DNA of 63,820 nucleotides, filler included, from Hyphochytrium catenoides (Eukaryota; Protista; Hyphochytriomycota), in NCBI GenBank assembly GCA_900088475.1. It is 17 parts of 17 records of this genome, joined end to end, with 100 filler letters (N's around TTAATTAATTAA, not from the genome) between each part and the next. Parts side by side here need not be neighbours in the genome. Positions count along the whole stretch, not along the records: positions 60,990 to 62,717 come from FLMG01003666.1; positions 62,818 to 63,820 come from FLMG01003390.1; 15 more parts are not named here. One strand, 5' to 3'. Below, piece by piece: positions 62,310 through 63,820 of this stretch. The position numbers and the translations under genes are program-made. How positions within the stretch are numbered: position 1 is the stretch's first letter; each line of letters starts with the position of its first letter. The notes under the pieces were generated by a model. The model was not told where the DNA came from, ran no database searches, and saw only the letters and a program-made list of their open reading frames with translations.

Positions 62310-62684
62310 TCTGACAAGACAAAAAGAGCTAGGGAGCTAATAAAAAAACCTGATGGCAGAAGTCGGACAGAGTAGGAGACAGTATATTGCATGGAGAAGA
62401 AGCGTGCAGGAGAGAGAGCAAATCGAGAGCGAGAAAAAGAGACGGAGACGGAGTGTGAGGCAGAGAGTGAAGATGAGCGTCCAGATTGAACAGGAGGCAC
62501 CTTTGGTAGGAACACTGCATCACTCTCCCCAGAGAAGGCTCCCCATCCTCGAGAGTTACGTGCTCTGACCCGGAATACGAAGCCTCTCTCTCTTTCTCTT
62601 CCATCTCTTTCTCCTTCTGCCATGAGAACCGTAGCAGGGGCTTCAACTCGACAACCAGTGAAGTCATCACAGAGGTATGGGCCT
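60990..62684 (-). CDS. Fibronectin type III repeat protein, internal exons
   Basis: FVFRVRARNSRGWGAFSGES; PPERPTSPSFLSATTSSISLRVEKP; FRVRLVNSVGSSDFSGPSDFFSTEKGAPRSPSRP. Confidence 0.85.
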
Positions 62685-62817
62685 GCAAGAAGGGAGAGAG
62701 CAAGAGAGAGAGAGAGANNNNNNNNNNNNNNNNNNNNNNNNNNNNNNNNNNNNNNNNNNNNTTAATTAATTAANNNNNNNNNNNNNNNNNNNNNNNNNNN
62801 NNNNNNNNNNNNNNNNN

Positions 62818-62975
62818 GATGACTTAGACCTCCTCGTCCACAACGAGAATGAGAGTCAGATATTTAGGGGGTTGTCTGAATTATAATGGAGAAAACTGGG
62901 TACCCTCCGGGATTCGAACCGAGGACCTCTGGAATGCCGACACCCTAACCAGTATACATTTTAAACCAGACGTAC
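62818..62975 (-). mobile_element. Diverged copy of the family D tRNA-like unit and downstream LTR sequence
   Basis: Minus strand gtacgtctgg...ctggttagggtgtcggcattccagaggtcctcggttcgaatcccggagggtac...ttttctcc.ttata..cagaca.cccc aligns with 57287-57400. Confidence 0.8.
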
Positions 62976-62979
62976 ACCT

Positions 62980-63145
62980 TGTTATAATGTAGGGGATTTG
63001 GAGACACTCTTATTTAGTTACGTGGTCTACTGATATGCTAAGAATGGGTATGGAGAGCTTATGGGACCCTGTTTTACTATTTATGATATTGTCTACTTGT
63101 TCTAGTTAGTAATTGTGTTTTGTTTCTTCACTTCTCACGATGACA
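62980..63145 (+). mobile_element. Solo LTR family B (166 bp), TSD CACCT
   Basis: TGTTAT...ATGACA flanked by CACCT at 62975-62979 and 63146-63150; true orientation unknown. Confidence 0.82.
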
Positions 63146-63153
63146 CACCTTGT

Positions 63154-63806
63154 GGTTGAGTGCTACAATGCTCGTCTTCAGTAGTACAGTAGTCGCTCTC
63201 TATACACACCTAGCTCTCAGGGACATAGACGTTATGGGTACACCTGTCTTACGGGAAAGAGATGATATGTTTGAGGAGAAGAACTCCATGAACTCTTCTT
63301 TCTGAACTCCGGAGCATCGGAGAGAGATATGAGGAGGGAGGCTGGGACGAGCAAAGATCAGGAGAGCAGGTCAAGGAGAGCAGGTCAAACCGACCTCATC
63401 ACTCGGCATACCAAGAAACCTCAATCATATATATATCACTACCCACTCCCTTTGTTAGCTATCGTTTCATCTAGATTGTGCTCATACAAGAAGCTGATGA
63501 GATTTAGCAGAGGTAGATGTTGATGACGCTTGAAGCTCTGTCTGAGATGAACATATAACAAAGGAACTCGATGATGATTATCTGTGAATTGACTAAAATG
63601 AATGTCTCTCTTGGTGCTCTGCTGATCAATATGCCTTCGTTCCACCCTCCTCCTAACAAAGTCCTTTTGCTCAAAAGAAGAGGTCAGGGAACTCTCCTCA
63701 CATCTCTCTTCACCCATAACACAGTTTATACCGTAAACGACTATGCCTCAGAGAGCTAGGTGTGTATAGAGAGTGATTACTGACAGCGAGCATTGTATCA
63801 CTCAAC
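63154..63806. mobile_element. Two family A LTR pieces in opposite orientation
   Basis: Forward copy from ~63154 (gttgagtgctacaatg...) to ~63500; reverse 5' end at ~63747-63806 (...gagctaggtgtgtatagagagtg...cactcaaca). Confidence 0.75.
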
Positions 63807-63820
63807 ACTCAACAGAAGCT

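Noticed and set aside
6115-62817. Recurrent palindromic TTAATTAATTAA as a biological repeat, CRISPR-like array or recombination site
   Set aside because: Always centred in a fixed-length N run and supplies stops in all six frames: an assembly joining spacer.

Overview
Eukaryotic nuclear DNA, probably a stramenopile-like protist (inferred from gene families, not proven). It has spliceosomal introns, many filled with (CT)n/(AG)n microsatellite, and a TTAGGG-type telomeric tract. The window is not contiguous: 17 short contigs are joined by an artificial ~100-bp N-TTAATTAATTAA-N spacer, so neighbours across spacers are not biologically linked. Recognisable, mostly gap-truncated genes: GDA1/CD39 apyrase, TRAPPC2, kinesin-5-like motor, a Pta-N-terminal-like (BioD-like/AAA_26) P-loop protein, a HAD hydrolase, a STE11-like kinase, Mis18, an SDR, LSM2, a large acidic protein with a Tudor-like domain and six repeats of a [FY]D-hydrophobic-[IV]E motif, a TRPV-like channel, a TM + RanBP2-ZnF + HECT E3 ligase, a CCA-adding enzyme C-terminus, MOB1, PCNX4-like, PRP18, a papain-fold (BIVM-like) protein and an FN3-repeat protein. 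Repeat contigs hold decayed Ty1/copia sequence and at least four LTR families. The most notable feature is a 258-bp solo LTR (TG...CA, 5-bp TSD GCTGA) containing a TATA box, a tRNA-derived A/B-box unit and a T4 run. It occurs three times, and in one copy two other LTR families have inserted within ~10 bp of the 5' end of the tRNA-like unit.
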